This document shows, piece after piece, positions 1 to 13,828 of a DNA stretch of 64,000 bases. Made by a program: the position numbers and the translations under genes. Below the pieces are notes generated by a model. It was given only the letters and a program-made list of their open reading frames with translations. It made no database searches and had not been told where the DNA came from. How positions within the stretch are numbered: the first letter of the stretch is position 1; every line of letters starts with the position of its first letter. The stretch spans positions 6,688,001 through 6,752,000 of the forward strand of contig CM000151.3 in the NCBI GenBank assembly GCA_000004695.1, given 5' to 3'. The DNA is from Dictyostelium discoideum. Lineage: Eukaryota.

Positions 1-3000
1 AATGAATAAAGTAAACGATTGGTAATATAATTACTTTGATTTTCTGGTGACATTGGGAAATCTGAATGTAATTGATTATATTCAATAACATTGACAATTG
101 ATCTATTCATTAAGGAGAAGAAAGAATTTAATACTCTAAGACGAGTGAAATCCATAATATGTGGTCTTTGACCAGCATCTTCTAAAACTTTATGAACCAA
201 ACCACCTGGTTCAAAATATTGTGAAATAATTGCTGCACATTCTTTTTGAACTTTTAATCCAGCTGGTATCATTGAAGTTGTTGAAGTGGTTGAACGTGAT
301 GATGATGATGTAGTTGGTGGTGAAGTTAAAATTGGTGAAGTAATAGTTGTTTGTTGTTGTTGTTGTAATTGAGCATTTTCATTTCTTTTTTGTTGTTCTT
401 TTTCTTGTGGATCAAATGGTTCATTTGAAAGAGTATCTAAATAATTTTGGAAAATCATTTGAGTTGTTAAAATCTCTTCACTAAACCAAACCATACCACA
501 ACGTGAAATGGTAGCGAGTGTTGCATATTTAAGATCTTGTACTTCAAACATAACTCTAACATTATTTGGAAGTGCTAAACGTTCACCATTTGGAAGTGTT
601 AATAATTTATTATCATCCAAGAGAGAGTTCAAATTTTCTACCCATTCTGGATCAACATCACCATCGAAAATGATCCAATGACGTTTAGTGGATTCACCAC
701 GAACATTATCAATGATACGACGAAGGGTTGCAGTGAATAAACCATCGGTCCATTCACGAGTTGTTAAATCCAATGAACCAAATAATTGATCTTTGGTGAT
801 AGCTTTTGGATCCATAACATGAGCTTCGGATTTAATGTTATCAACTTGTTCGATGGCTTCTAAATAAACCTCCCAACTTGTAGTTTTACCACCACCAGAT
901 GGACCAACCATCATAACACCATGATTGATATTGAGAATTTGATGTAATTGAAGGATCTTTTCAACCCATTCTTGTTTGGTAACCAAATGTCTTTGTTTGG
1001 CAATTTCTTGAATCTTTTTACGTAATTGATCCATTTGAATTGGTTGTAATTGTGAACCTGGGAAAACATCCAATAACAATGATTGAATCAATGGAATATC
1101 GTCAGCAACCAATTTTGGAATCATGGTATCATTGATAGAGTTTAATAACACACCAATTTCATATTGACAATAGATTTGATCAGCTTTAGTTTTTGATTCA
1201 GCATCAGTGATTGGTGGTAATTGTGGTGGTTGACATTTTCTCTTGATACCACCTGCACTAACTAAAACACTCTTGAGAGCACGTAAACCAAAATCATAAT
1301 GAGATTGAGCTGACAATTGTTCTTGACAAAGTTTAAAGAGTGGAACGATTTTACCGGCTAAAACTTCTGCAGTTTTAAAGCCTTGACTGTATAACATAAC
1401 TTGAGCAATCATTTCACGATCTGGTTTAATCATGGCCATTGAACGGAAAAGTTTCTTTAAATTATCTGGTAAATTGGAACGACCTGCATAACCTGGATTC
1501 ATTGTTACAAAAATACCCATATCTTGGTGGAGTGAAATATTTTTACCACCTAAAAGTTCAACCTCTTTGGAATTCTCTTTGAGAGCGACTTGAATGGTTT
1601 GAATTTGTTGAGAGACAGCAGAGAGAATTCTTTCCTCCAAACGATTGAACTCATCGAAACAACCCCAAGCACCACATTGACAAAGACCAACGAAAATACG
1701 AGACATAGCTTGAAGATCAAAACCTTCATCACAACAGAAAACCAATACGAAACGACCCAATTGACTACCCAATGCTTTAACGGTTTCAGTTTTACCAGTA
1801 CCTGCTGGACCAAATGGATTACCACCCATTCTACTCTCCAATGCTTGAGTTAGTGTAAGATAACAACGATCAGTTAATGGAGTTTGAACCAAACGTTCAC
1901 CAATACCTAAATATTCGAAACCATAATAAAAAGTAGCATTTGCCATATGGATGACCAATTTATGAAGAACATTCTCTTGAGTAGCATCATAATAGTAACG
2001 CATATGATAGAGCCAATCAAAATCTTTATTACCAGTAAGGTTTTTACATTTTTGTAATTGTCTGACCACATCACGTTGATGAACCAACTCTGTAATTAAA
2101 TGTTCGAATTTCTTTCTCTTTTGAGCGGATAAATCTTGTAAAACACTATCGGCCAAATTATTTAAAATCATTTGAGTGGTTTGTTCAATGGATTGTAATT
2201 GTTCTTGAATCTTTGATTGTTGTAATGTACCACCACCTAAAGCTTGATCGACTTGAGTGGACCAAACAATTTGACTTGTAAGAAGGACCAATTGAGTTGG
2301 ATAATTATCAACCCATTCAGAGTATTTAGAATGATCATTAACATCGACTTGATTGAAATGTTGTAATGATTCACTTAATAAAGTTGCCAAAGTTGATTTC
2401 ATTTCAGATTCAACCATTGTTAACCATTCATGAATCTTTGGACCATTAGCGATGGAAATTGGTTTCTTAAAGGTAACGGTTTCACCTTCAGCAGAGGACA
2501 TACCAATAATGGTGGTTTTTTCATCATCCAAAGTTAAATTAGCCAAACCAGCAAACATCTTTCTGAAATGCTTTTGAATCTTAATGATATCTTTACTATT
2601 ACCAATGATTTCCAAAAGATCTTCATCACCTACGAAATAGAAACGAGCAAATGCAGATCTTTGTCTCTCCAAATATTCACCCAATGCTTTTTGAACTTTA
2701 CCCAAGAGATCGGATAAACGTTCCATAGTTTGTTGAATTCTTTCAATGGCCAATACTTCCAAAATCAATGGTGCACCACTAACCTTTTTAAGGATTGCAA
2801 TGAATTCAGAGTTGATACTCTTGAAACGAGTTGATTCAGCTGGTAACAATTGATTGATATCACCACTACCACTGAAAATACCTTCTAAATAGACCCAACG
2901 TCTTTGAACATCGATCCAAACATCCAATAATGATCTAACCTTATTTAATCTATCATCCCAATGATTTGCTTCCTCTTCGAAAACCTTATAGTATGGTGAC

Positions 3001-6000
3001 ATTTTCATAGCGGAAATTGAATTCAAATGTTCTGCCAATTTGTTGAATAAATCATCCCAACCACGTACCAATTTACATTTACGTTGATAGTTAACGAGAT
3101 CCAATTCGAGAGTTGTCCAAAATTCTCTAACACCTTTAAGGAATTCCTCTAAAGCAATTTCACCTTGAGCTGCAGTGATAACCTCACGATAGATATTTTC
3201 ATTTCTTGCTAAATCTGAATCCCAAATGGAACCCAATGTTAACTCTGTAATGATCCAATTGGTATTTAAACGTTTCTTTAAAATTTTCCAATGACGATCT
3301 TTGATGGCTTCAGAGTGAAGATCGGTGATGATTGCATTACCTTTGAGATAGATTTTAATTAAGTTTTGAGCATGATCAAAGGCAGAGTATTGACGAATAC
3401 GATTTGGTAAATTTTTCAATTTTTGTAAAGTATCTTCCAATGATTTTCTAACTTTTCTTGGAATGATAGCAGACCAAGCAGTCTCTTTAAGACTATCGAT
3501 TTCTTGCCATGTATTTGAAAGTTCGACCCAAACTGCTTTCAAATCTTGAATCTCCTCTTCGACTGGTACCAAACGATCTTGATCTGATGATGATGAACCA
3601 GTGGTATCGGTGAGATCCAAAGCTTGTTTGGCTTTTGATAAACGATCACTTTCCTCACGAAGACGAATAAGACGACCTTCGAAAATCTTCAAAGTTTCAA
3701 GAGCGGTTGAATGTTTAATTGAGCCTTGTAATGGTTTATTGGCGGTCCATTCATCAATGAAATCTTTGATACGATCATTGATTGATTTTGATTCTTGAAG
3801 GATTTTAGCTTGTAATTGTGGAATGGCCTCGCTGATTGTGGCATTCTTACGATTGAGGATCTCATTGAAAGCACTCCATTCACCTTCTACTCTTTCACAA
3901 TCTAACCAATCGTTTGGGAAACTAAATCTTTGACGTTGTAATAAATCTTGACCAGTACGATAATAACGTAAATCTGCCTCCCAAGATGAGAGTTTCTTTT
4001 TCATATCTTGAATTTGAATGATAAAATGAACGGCCTCTTCAGTGGAAACGGTTTCAACTGATAATTTCTCCAACTCTTGACGAGATGATGAAATGGTCTC
4101 ATAGAATTGATTCATTTTCTCTGCTAATTTAGAACCGAAATGACCAAGAATATCCTTATGCCAATAGTCATATTTATTATTAACTGATGCTTGAACTTGA
4201 GTATAATCAATAGTTAATGGTCCAAATTGTTTCTCTGTTGATGAATTATCAAAGGTTGATCTTGATTTTTTAATTTGATTCAAAAGTAATTGCCATTTAT
4301 TAAGATCATCACCTAATTTACTATAGACAAATGATGAATCCATATCCCAAAGTGATTGATATTGTAACCAAATTGAAACATATTGTTGAACTTGTTCCAA
4401 TTTATTAGTGATTGCACTATAGGCACTCTCCAATGAACCTTGTGGTAATTTTGGTAACATATCTCTAAAGGTTGATTGTTTCTTTGAATCTACACCACCA
4501 CGATGAACCATTGCTGATTCATCATAACGACTTGATTGAATACGTGGTAAATCACAACAAATATTTAACCAACTATGTAATTGATCAATCCAATTAACAC
4601 GTGCAACTTCTAATGGTGGTGATAATGATAAAATTTGATTTCTAATTACAATTTCATGAATAGTTTTTTCTAATTTTGGTTTGATTGAAATTGTTTGTTG
4701 TTGTTGTTGAGATTGTTGTGGTTGAGTTAAATCTGATGAATTTTCTTCATCAGATTTATTTCTAATTGAATAATTCATTCTATTTAATTTGCCACCTTTA
4801 TTTGAAGATCCAGAAGTGGATTGAGAATCTTTTTGATCTTCTTTACCTTCAATTAATTGAACCCAAGAATTGATTGCATCAATTAATCTTTCAATTAACA
4901 TTGATTCAACTTGAGCATCCAATTGAGTTACCCATTGAGGTAAATTTGAATAATTTGCCAAATTCAATTCATCTACAACCTTTTGAATGTTTGCAATGAT
5001 TTCATTGAATGATTCAGATTTGAATGGACATGATTTTAATCCATCCAATTGTTTCTTGATTTCAGAGTATTTAACGATTAAATCATCAACTTTATCACGG
5101 AAATTATTGATTGAGGTTGAAAGTTTTCTAACGTATGGATCAACTTTTGGAATGGTTTCCCATTTCAAACGGAAACCTTCAGTGATGTTAGCTTGAACGT
5201 CACGTTTATAACTTGCGACCAATGTTGAAAATTCAGGAGTGACTTTACCAGAGGTTTGAGCATAAGTTCTTAAGGTTTCTTTTAAGGAGACTGCAAATGG
5301 ATAAACTTGTTTAGCACCTTGACTAATGAATGAGATTTTCAATGGTACACGGAAACCTAACCATTGTAAATTTCTAACTTCTTTAAATAACATAATGATA
5401 TGACTATCGAAATTGATATCCAATGCCAATTTGTTACCACGTTTAACGATTGTTAAAATTCTACCAGAGATATCAAATGAACGTTTCTCTGTTTCATCGG
5501 CCCATTTTGAAAAGATATGGTCAGTGTTTAATTTATGTCTAAATTGATCGGATTCTGATTTTAATTTTTGACCTTCAGCATCACTCTCCCAACTATCACC
5601 TAAAACATTGGCAACTCTTTTCATGTAGGTATCCAATTGTCTTTCGATTTGTCTTGCCCAAATGATAGCACCACTAACTGGTGGAAGATCACGTAATTGA
5701 CTCATATAGTATGCTTCAGAATTATTATATTGCATTTTGAATTTATCATGTAATACTCTAATGTCTTCTTTAACTCTTTCAATCAATTGTGATTCATATT
5801 CGTGAGTTGCACCTCTAATCTTTGGTCTCTTTAAAAGATCTTTAAACTTTTGATAAACTCTAAACATTTCATTTGCATTCTTTGCTGTTGCTAAACGATC
5901 ACGTAATTTGACGGTGATATAAGTTTCAACACGATCAGTACGAGAATTGTAACGTTTTACAACTGCATCCCAAATCTCTTCACCTTCTTTTGATAATTGA

Positions 6001-7391
6001 AGTACATCAATCTCTTTAAATTCTAAATAAGCTTGATTAATCTCTTCAATTGCATTAATTTCTTGTTTTTGTGGTGAAGTTGGATTTGAAGTATTTGTTT
6101 GAACAACACCACCACCCAATTGACTACCTGGTAAAACATTTGAAACTACATTCTTTAAATCTTCATGTTGTTTTCTAAATTTACCAATTTTAATAATTAC
6201 CAATTGAATACGATTATCAATGTTAACAATGAGTGGAATACGTTCATTACCTCTCTTTTTAGCTAAATCACGAAGAATATCACGAAAAGCTCCAAATTGA
6301 TCATCCCATAAAGTGAATAATGCTCTAACGGATCTATTTAAATGTTCAAAATCATTGTAATCGATATTCATTAAATTCTTTTGACGAAGGATTTGATAGA
6401 CTTTATTACACATATCTCTACCAATGGCCTCAAGGAATGAAAGATAACGTGGAATTGGATAGTATGGATTCTTTGTTTTCTTTAAATGAGAAAAGATTGC
6501 CGCTACACTTGAAGAGATTGAATCCAAATCGGTTGCAGTTAACAATGGAGTGATTGGGAAATCTTTAAAGAGTGTTTTATAACTTTGTACTTTATCCATG
6601 GCTTTTCTGACACCAATGGTATCGGTTTCAAATGGAGCACTTGCAATGAAACGTTTAGCTTGTCTTAAGGTGGCCAAAGTAACTTCAACCTCTGGTGATT
6701 TCAATTGTTGATCAATATTTTGAAGTGAAGTTTCCAATTCAATCCAAAAGTTAATCTCTTGACTGGTGGATACATCTGATGGTAAATTCTCGATCAAATT
6801 ATGTTTGGTAACATTTTGAATGTTTTTAGCCCAAGTGGTTGTACCAGCTTGAAGTAAATTCAAAAATTCAGGTGATGATGCTTTGTCACCTAAATCATCT
6901 GGTTTAATGGTACGACCAGTGGTTTCTTTTAATCTCTTTGAGATTGATTTAATCTCTGGATTGATTGCTAATGTTACCTCTGGTATTTGAACTTGTTGTT
7001 TACAATTGTATAAAGAGATCTCTAATTCTGCTATCTTTTGATTGACTGCACCAATACTTTGTTTCATCTCCTTATCCAAATTTTGACTTGTAATTGATTT
7101 ATCTGCACTACCACCACTTGGTGTAGTTGCATCATCTTTTGATGCTGATAAAATATATGATCTAACAAATGGTGCAACTGAATTATGAATATAATTATGT
7201 AATGTATCCATTGGTGATCCATCTCCTAAATTTAAAACTTGAAGTTGTGATGCAATCGATTTATTTGAACTATATTCAACAATACTCTCTGGTATTCTCT
7301 TTACAATTGCTAATGTTGATTTATTTTCACCTCCAAATTTAACTTCAATTTCAAAATTAAATGATTCTAAAATAATTTTTTTTTTTTAGTT

Positions 7392-7422
<31 letters not shown>

Positions 7423-7830
7423 ATTATTATTTTTTTGTTTTTTTTTTTTTTTTTTTTTTTTCATACCTTTTGATTGTTGTTGTGATGAAGTTAAAGTATT
7501 ATCATCAGATGATGATGATGATGAAGTTGTTGTTGATGTTTGATTTGAACTATTTATAGTTGGATTTGTTTTTTGAATAAGTAATACAGGTATTTTAGAA
7601 TCAGAGATGAATTTTTTTAATTTATTCATATTCTCTGGTGGAATTTGATTTGAAAGATTATTTTGAAATACAGATTGGTCACCATCTAATAAGGTTGGAC
7701 AAATTTTACATAAATATTTTACTGTTTCTTCTAAAGTTTGTTCACTAATTACTGAAGTTGTTGGTGTTACAACTGGTGGTGTATTTGTACCACTAGTTGG
7801 TGAATCAACATTTATTTGTTGATCCTCCAT
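1..7830 (-). CDS. dhcA: Cytoplasmic dynein heavy chain, N-terminal ~2,580 codons. The 3' end runs off the window start. Exons on the minus strand: 7830..7467 and 7366..1, with intron 7466..7368 (GTATGA...TTTTAG).
   Basis: The protein starts MEDQQINVDSPTSGTNTPPVV. After splicing it continues ...SKG|ESFNFEIEVKFGGENKSTLAIVKRIPESIVEY... as an open tail-domain sequence. The AAA1 P-loop GPAGTGKTET (around 1790-1811) and the AAA2 P-loop GPSGGGKTT (around 880-905) lie in the same reading frame (codon starts congruent to 2 mod 3) as exon 2, so the ORF is continuous from 7366 to the window start. Dictyostelium has a single dynein heavy chain. Confidence 0.9.
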
Positions 7831-7950
7831 TTTTTTAATAAATTATTAAAAAAAAAAAAAAATATATAAAATAAAATTTAAAGTATGTATGTATGTATAT
7901 ATATTTTTTTTTTTTATTATTTTGTTTTTTTATTATTTTTATTATTATTG

Positions 7951-7981
<31 letters not shown>

Positions 7982-8105
7982 TTGATGAAAGACGAAACTT
8001 TTCAAACTATTATTTTTTTTTTTTAGTTTTTTAAATTAAGTGGTGATCAATGAAAAAAAAAAAAAAAAATATTATTGAAAAAAAAAAAATAAAAAAAAAT
8101 TAAAG

Positions 8106-8141
<36 letters not shown>

Positions 8142-8770
8142 AAAAAAATAAAATAATTTATTTGATGGCAAAAAATATTTTTTTTGAAAAGATATTTTTA
8201 ATTAAACTATATATATTTGAATATTATTTATTTTAATATCGAGAGTAATCATTTGGCATTTTAACTCTATGTGGTAATTATTTTTTTTATTTTTTTATTT
8301 TTTTATTTTTTTTTTTGAGGTACCTATCAAAAAGAACTAAGAGAAGATGAAGCCCATTCTAATAAAAACAAAATTATTGAAAATTAGTCCGAAAATTGAA
8401 GATATTTCACTTTTTTGAAATTGTATTAAAACTAATCATTTTAATGGACATCAGCAGTTCTAATACAATCTCCCAACAGTGAAATTTCTTCAATTTGAAA
8501 ACTTATTTTCAATAATTTGCTTCTACTGAAATGAGCATCATCTTCTCTTAATTCATCTCGATAGGGCTTTTTAATGTGTACGACAAGACCATGTCACTAA
8601 TTCCACCACAATAAGCACTATCAGCTTAAACTTTTTCGTATAGTTTCAATTTGCTAACAAACCAGAGTAACGAATAATGTGGAATCTTGAACACTTCCTT
8701 TATAAAATTAAATTTAATAAAACTATTATTTGCATTACTGATTTTTTTTTTTTTTTTAAATGATGAATAA

Positions 8771-8812
<42 letters not shown>

Positions 8813-9416
8813 AAAATTGGTAAAGATTATTAAATTTTATAGAAAAATTAATTTTTTAATATTTACCCCCCTTCCCATTTCCCACTAATAAATTTTTATA
8901 ATTAAGTAAAATAGTTATCTATAAATAGTTGTAATTCTATTTATACAAAAAAAAGAATTTTATTAAATTTAAATTTACTAAATTTTAGATTTATCAAACC
9001 AGAACAACTAGATTTTAATAAAATTGTAAGGGAGCTCCACATAAAATTAATTTTCACAACTTTAGGGCTGAAATTTTTAATAGTTTTTATTTTTTTTTGT
9101 TTTTGTTGCTGGCTAAAAAATTTTATTTTATTTTATTTTTTTTTTTTTTAATTAAATTGGATTGCAATACTTCATAAAACTCGATTTTTTAATAATTTCA
9201 ATTTTTTTTTTTTTTTTTTATTTTTTTGAGAAAAGTTTTTATTTTTTTTTTTTTTTTTTATTTTTTAATTTTTTTTTTTAACTTATTTTTTTTTTTTTTT
9301 TTTTTTAAAATTGTTAAATATATAGAACAACAATTCAAAAAATTATATTTATTAAAATTTTAAATATTCTTTTAAATATTTGTATAGGTTATTATTAATA
9401 GTAGTAATAGTAGTAA

Positions 9417-10490
9417 ATGGCAGATACAACATTATTATTACAAAAATCTTATACATTAATTCAACAAGCAGCGATAAGTGATAGAAATGGTCAATATAGT
9501 ATAGCATTAAATTTATATACAAATGGATTGGAAGGTCTTATGTCTGCTTTGAAATTGGAAAAGAATGATAGAGTAATACAAACATTAAAAATAAAGATAA
9601 CAGAATATTTCAATAGAGCGGAACAATTAAAAGATATAATAAAGAAAGGTTATGTTGCACCACCATTACCAACAACAAATCAATCGTGTCACGATTGTGT
9701 CGCATCACCACCACCAACACCATCACATTATCAACCACCACAACCTGTATATAGACCAACTGCACCAACTGCACCACCTCCATCACAATATCATCCAATA
9801 CCAACAAATACCGATGATTTAATATTACCAAGTGTTCCCACTTTCAATCCACTACCAACTCCACCACCACCATTTAACCCATCTGTTACAAATAATATAT
9901 CATCGACAAATTCATCATCAACAAATTCATCATCATCATCATCGTTAGGATTAGTTTCAAGTAAAAAAATTGAAAATGGTTCAATTGGTAATTCATATGA
10001 AACATTATTTGGTGATAAATTAATTGGGAGCACGTGGATAAAAGTTGAAGATCCATATATTAGAACTAGACATCAAATTGATAACTTTGTAAAATTAATA
10101 GAATTGGTAATATCAAAATGTATTTTTAAAGATTTAAAATCTCAATCAGATAGTAGTTTTAAATTACAAAAACCATCAACTAAATTTAAGATTGACCTAA
10201 CTACATCAACTGAATCCCAACAACAAGAAGATGAATTAAAATTAACATTCTATCAACTTAAGGATCAAATTTCGACACAATATAATATAGTTTTTAATTA
10301 TCAATTTTCAAGTACTATTCACGATCGTTCAATTGAATGTAGTAATGGTTATCTCATAAAATAAGGTAGAGGATTGGATTTCTATCAAAAACCACTCAAT
10401 AATAATAATGGTTTATTTAGTCAAGTTTCAACTTTTAATCAAGATTTAAAACCTTGTTTAGAGTGTAATATTGATATATTTAAAAAATGA
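9417..10490 (+). CDS. MIT-domain protein, MITD1 ortholog. It has an N-terminal MIT three-helix domain, a Pro-rich linker and a C-terminal PLD-like domain. The annotated ORF ends at an in-frame TAA (10362-10364), but the same frame stays open for 41 more conserved-looking codons to a TGA at 10488-10490.
   Basis: The N-terminus LIQQAAISDRNGQYSIALNLYTNGLEGLMSALKLEKNDRVIQTLKIKITEYFNRAEQLKDIIKK has the MIT pattern seen in the Vps4 and MITD1 MIT domains. The C-terminal SYETLFGDKLIGSTWIKVEDPYIRTRHQIDNFVKLIEL ... SSTIHDRSIECSNGYLIK(stop)GRGLDFYQKP...DIFKK resembles what I recall of human MITD1 (…WIEDPYIRHTHQLYNF… …[29 protein letters not shown]… …DIFHKK). Confidence 0.7.
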
Positions 10491-10517
10491 TTTTATTTTT
10501 AAATAAAACTTGGATTT

Positions 10518-10560
<43 letters not shown>

Positions 10561-10813
10561 CTTGGATTGTTTTTTTTTTAAATATTTAAAAAAAACAAAA
10601 AAAAAAAAAAAAAAAATAAAAACAAAAATAAAACAAAACAAAATAAAAATAAATTTTATTTAAAAAAAATAAAATTTGATATTTATTTGTCTCAAATTTT
10701 CGGAAATTTGTCTTGTTGGTTTTTTTTTTTTTTTTTAAGTTTCAATTTTTTTTTTTTTTTTTTTTTTTACTTTATTTTATTTTGTAATGTAATAATTATG
10801 TAATAGTAATAAT

Positions 10814-11438
10814 ATGGATAATAATAATAGTAATAATAAAAATAATGAAGAAAGTAATAATATTGTAATACCAATTTTAAGTGAAAAAGAAAAAAAACAT
10901 TTATATGAATTTGAAATAATAAGAATATTAAAAAAAGATGAATTTTCAACAACATGTAAAGCAAAGAAATTAAGTGGTCAATTTAATGAGAAACGAGTTA
11001 ATTTTTGTATTATAAAAATTATTAAAAAGAGAGTAAAGAAATTTGATTCTAAAAAAAATGAAATTATAATTGAAATCGATCCAAGAAAAGAAAGAGAGAT
11101 ATTAGAAAAGATTAAACATATTTGTGTTTTAGAATATTATGGGTATAGTGAAGATGAAGATAATGGGTACATATATACAGAATATATTCAAGGTGGTATT
11201 GATATAGTTGAAACTGTGACTAATAAACTATTAAAAGAACATTCTCATTCTTTTCAATCTGAAGATATAATTAGAAGATGTGCTTTTCAATTGGTTTTAT
11301 TATTAAATCATTTACATAACAATTTACATATTATTCATGGTAATATAAATACTGATAATGTTTTAATAGCTGATCAAGAATTTAGTTTAAAATTATTTGA
11401 TTTTAGTTTATCAAAAGATATAAGTTATTATTCAAAAG

Positions 11439-11531
<93 letters not shown>

Positions 11532-13796
11532 CTAATAATAGTAATAATAATACATTAAATAATTTAAGTATTGTTAATAATAATAGTAGTAGTAGTAGTA
11601 ATGATAATAGTAGTGAAGCAGAAGGTGGTGGTGGTGGTGGTGAAGCATCAATTACATCAACGATTTCAACTATATTATCAGGATCATCAAGTTCACAATT
11701 ATCAACACCATCAACATCATTAGAATCTTCATTTTCATTAGAAATCAATTTAAATGATTCATCATGTTATTTAATTGCACCAGAGATTAGAAATCAACAA
11801 AAGATAACAAGTAAAGGTTTATCAAAAAAATCAGATATTTGGGGATTAGGTTGTTTATTATTATTAATGGTTGGTGGTGATCCAAAGATTACAACAAATT
11901 TTGAACCAACAATACCATATCATTTATCAAACAATTGTAAAAATTTCATTCAAAAATGTTTAATTCAAGATCCATATCATCGTTGGGATACAAATTTATT
12001 ATTAACTCATAAATTTATTGAAAAAACTTCATTTGAAAATTCATGTAATAATCAAAATAATAGTTCAACAACAACAACAACAACAATTAATACATATTCA
12101 ATTGAAAATGAAGAAAATATATTATTAATTAATGGATCAAATGGTATGAATGAATTTGAAGAGATACCAAATTATATAACTACATTGAAATTTCAAGAAT
12201 CATTTAATATGGAGATTGTAAATGAAATGTTTACAGATTCAATTGTACATTTAGAATTCCCTCAAGGTTTTAATAAATTGGATTTTAATGAATTACCAGA
12301 TTTTTTATCAACATTGATTTATCATGGTGAATTCAATATTGAGAGTAATTATCATTCGAAATCTTTAAAACCAAGAGATATACCAAAGAGTATCATTCAT
12401 TTACAATTACCAAATTATAATTTAAAAATTCGTAGAAATTCAATACCTGATCAAACAAAATTCTTAATATTAGGTTCTGATTTAGGTGAGAATGAAATTC
12501 AATCATTAATTAATTTACCACCAAGTATTATAGATTTAGAATTTGGTTGTGATTTAGAATTAATTTTAAATTTTTTAACACAAGAAATGATACCATCAAA
12601 TATTACAAGTTTAAAAATTAATTCTCAACAAATATTTTTACCATTTAAAAGATCAAATCCATTTGGTTTAACTAATAATATTGGTAATAATAATAGTAAT
12701 AATGGTGAACAATTTAATATACCAATTGATGAATTACCATTATCAAAAGATATTAACGATTTAATGATATTAGAAACTGTTGAAATTAATAATTTAAATC
12801 AATTAAATTCAAATAAATTATTAACACTTACAAATAGAGTTGGTAAGTTAATATTTTCAAAAGAATTTGATGAACCATTAACAATTGGTTGTATTAAATC
12901 AAGATCAATTACATCTTTGAAATTTAATAAAGGTTCAAGATTTAATCAACTATTGGTAGTTGGTTGTTTACCTGTAAATTTAACAAGTTTAGAATTTGGT
13001 GATCGATTTAATCAAGCACTATCGGTTGGTTGTATTCCACCAAAAGTTACTCATTTAAAGTTTGGTAGATGTTTTAATCAACCTTTAAAACTTGGTGTAA
13101 TTCCTGATTCTTGTACTTTTATTCAATTTGGTTCACAATTTAATCAATCATTAGAACCAATGGTTATACCATCATCAGTTAAAGAATTAATATTTGGTTC
13201 ACAATATAATCAACCTACAATTCAAGGCACATTTCCTGATAGAATTAAGAAGTTGGTATTCTCTGATGACCATGATCAGTTTCATTCACAAGATACATTA
13301 CCAAAATCTTTAGTACATTTAGAATTTGGTGAAAGTCAAAATTTCAATCAAATTTTATTCAATCAATCTTCTTCAAATTTAATTCCATCATTAACACCAC
13401 CACCACCAATCTATCAAAAATTAACAACATTTATTTTCAATGGTTATTTCACAGTACCTTTAAAAGTTTTCGATTTACCATTATCGATAACTCATTTAGA
13501 GTTACCACAATATAATGATATCCTTGAAAAGGATTGTATACCTTCATTTGTTAAAACTTTAGTACTTGGTTCATCATTTACAATTATTGAATCATTTATA
13601 AATTTACCAAAATCAATAACTTCATTATCATTTGGTTGTGATGAAAATGTAATTGGTTTAATCAATCAATCATTAATACCACCAAATTGTAATACTTTAA
13701 AAATTAATGGTCAATCAATAAGTTTACCAATAACTCAAACTTTACAAATTTTTAAAAATCCAATTTTACCAACTGAATCTTCTCTAATATTATCTC

Positions 13797-13828
<32 letters not shown>

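Noticed and set aside
8755-8772. TGATGA (snoRNA box C-like) at 8760 next to a poly-A tract
   Set aside because: There is no partner box D (CTGA) at an appropriate distance, no terminal stem, and it is immediately embedded in homopolymer, so it is likely a chance match.
10767-11748. Minus-strand ORFs 10767..10964 and 11428..11748 (poly-Tyr, poly-Leu)
   Set aside because: They are antisense of the kinase gene's A/T tract and (AAT)30 repeat, i.e. repeat artefacts.
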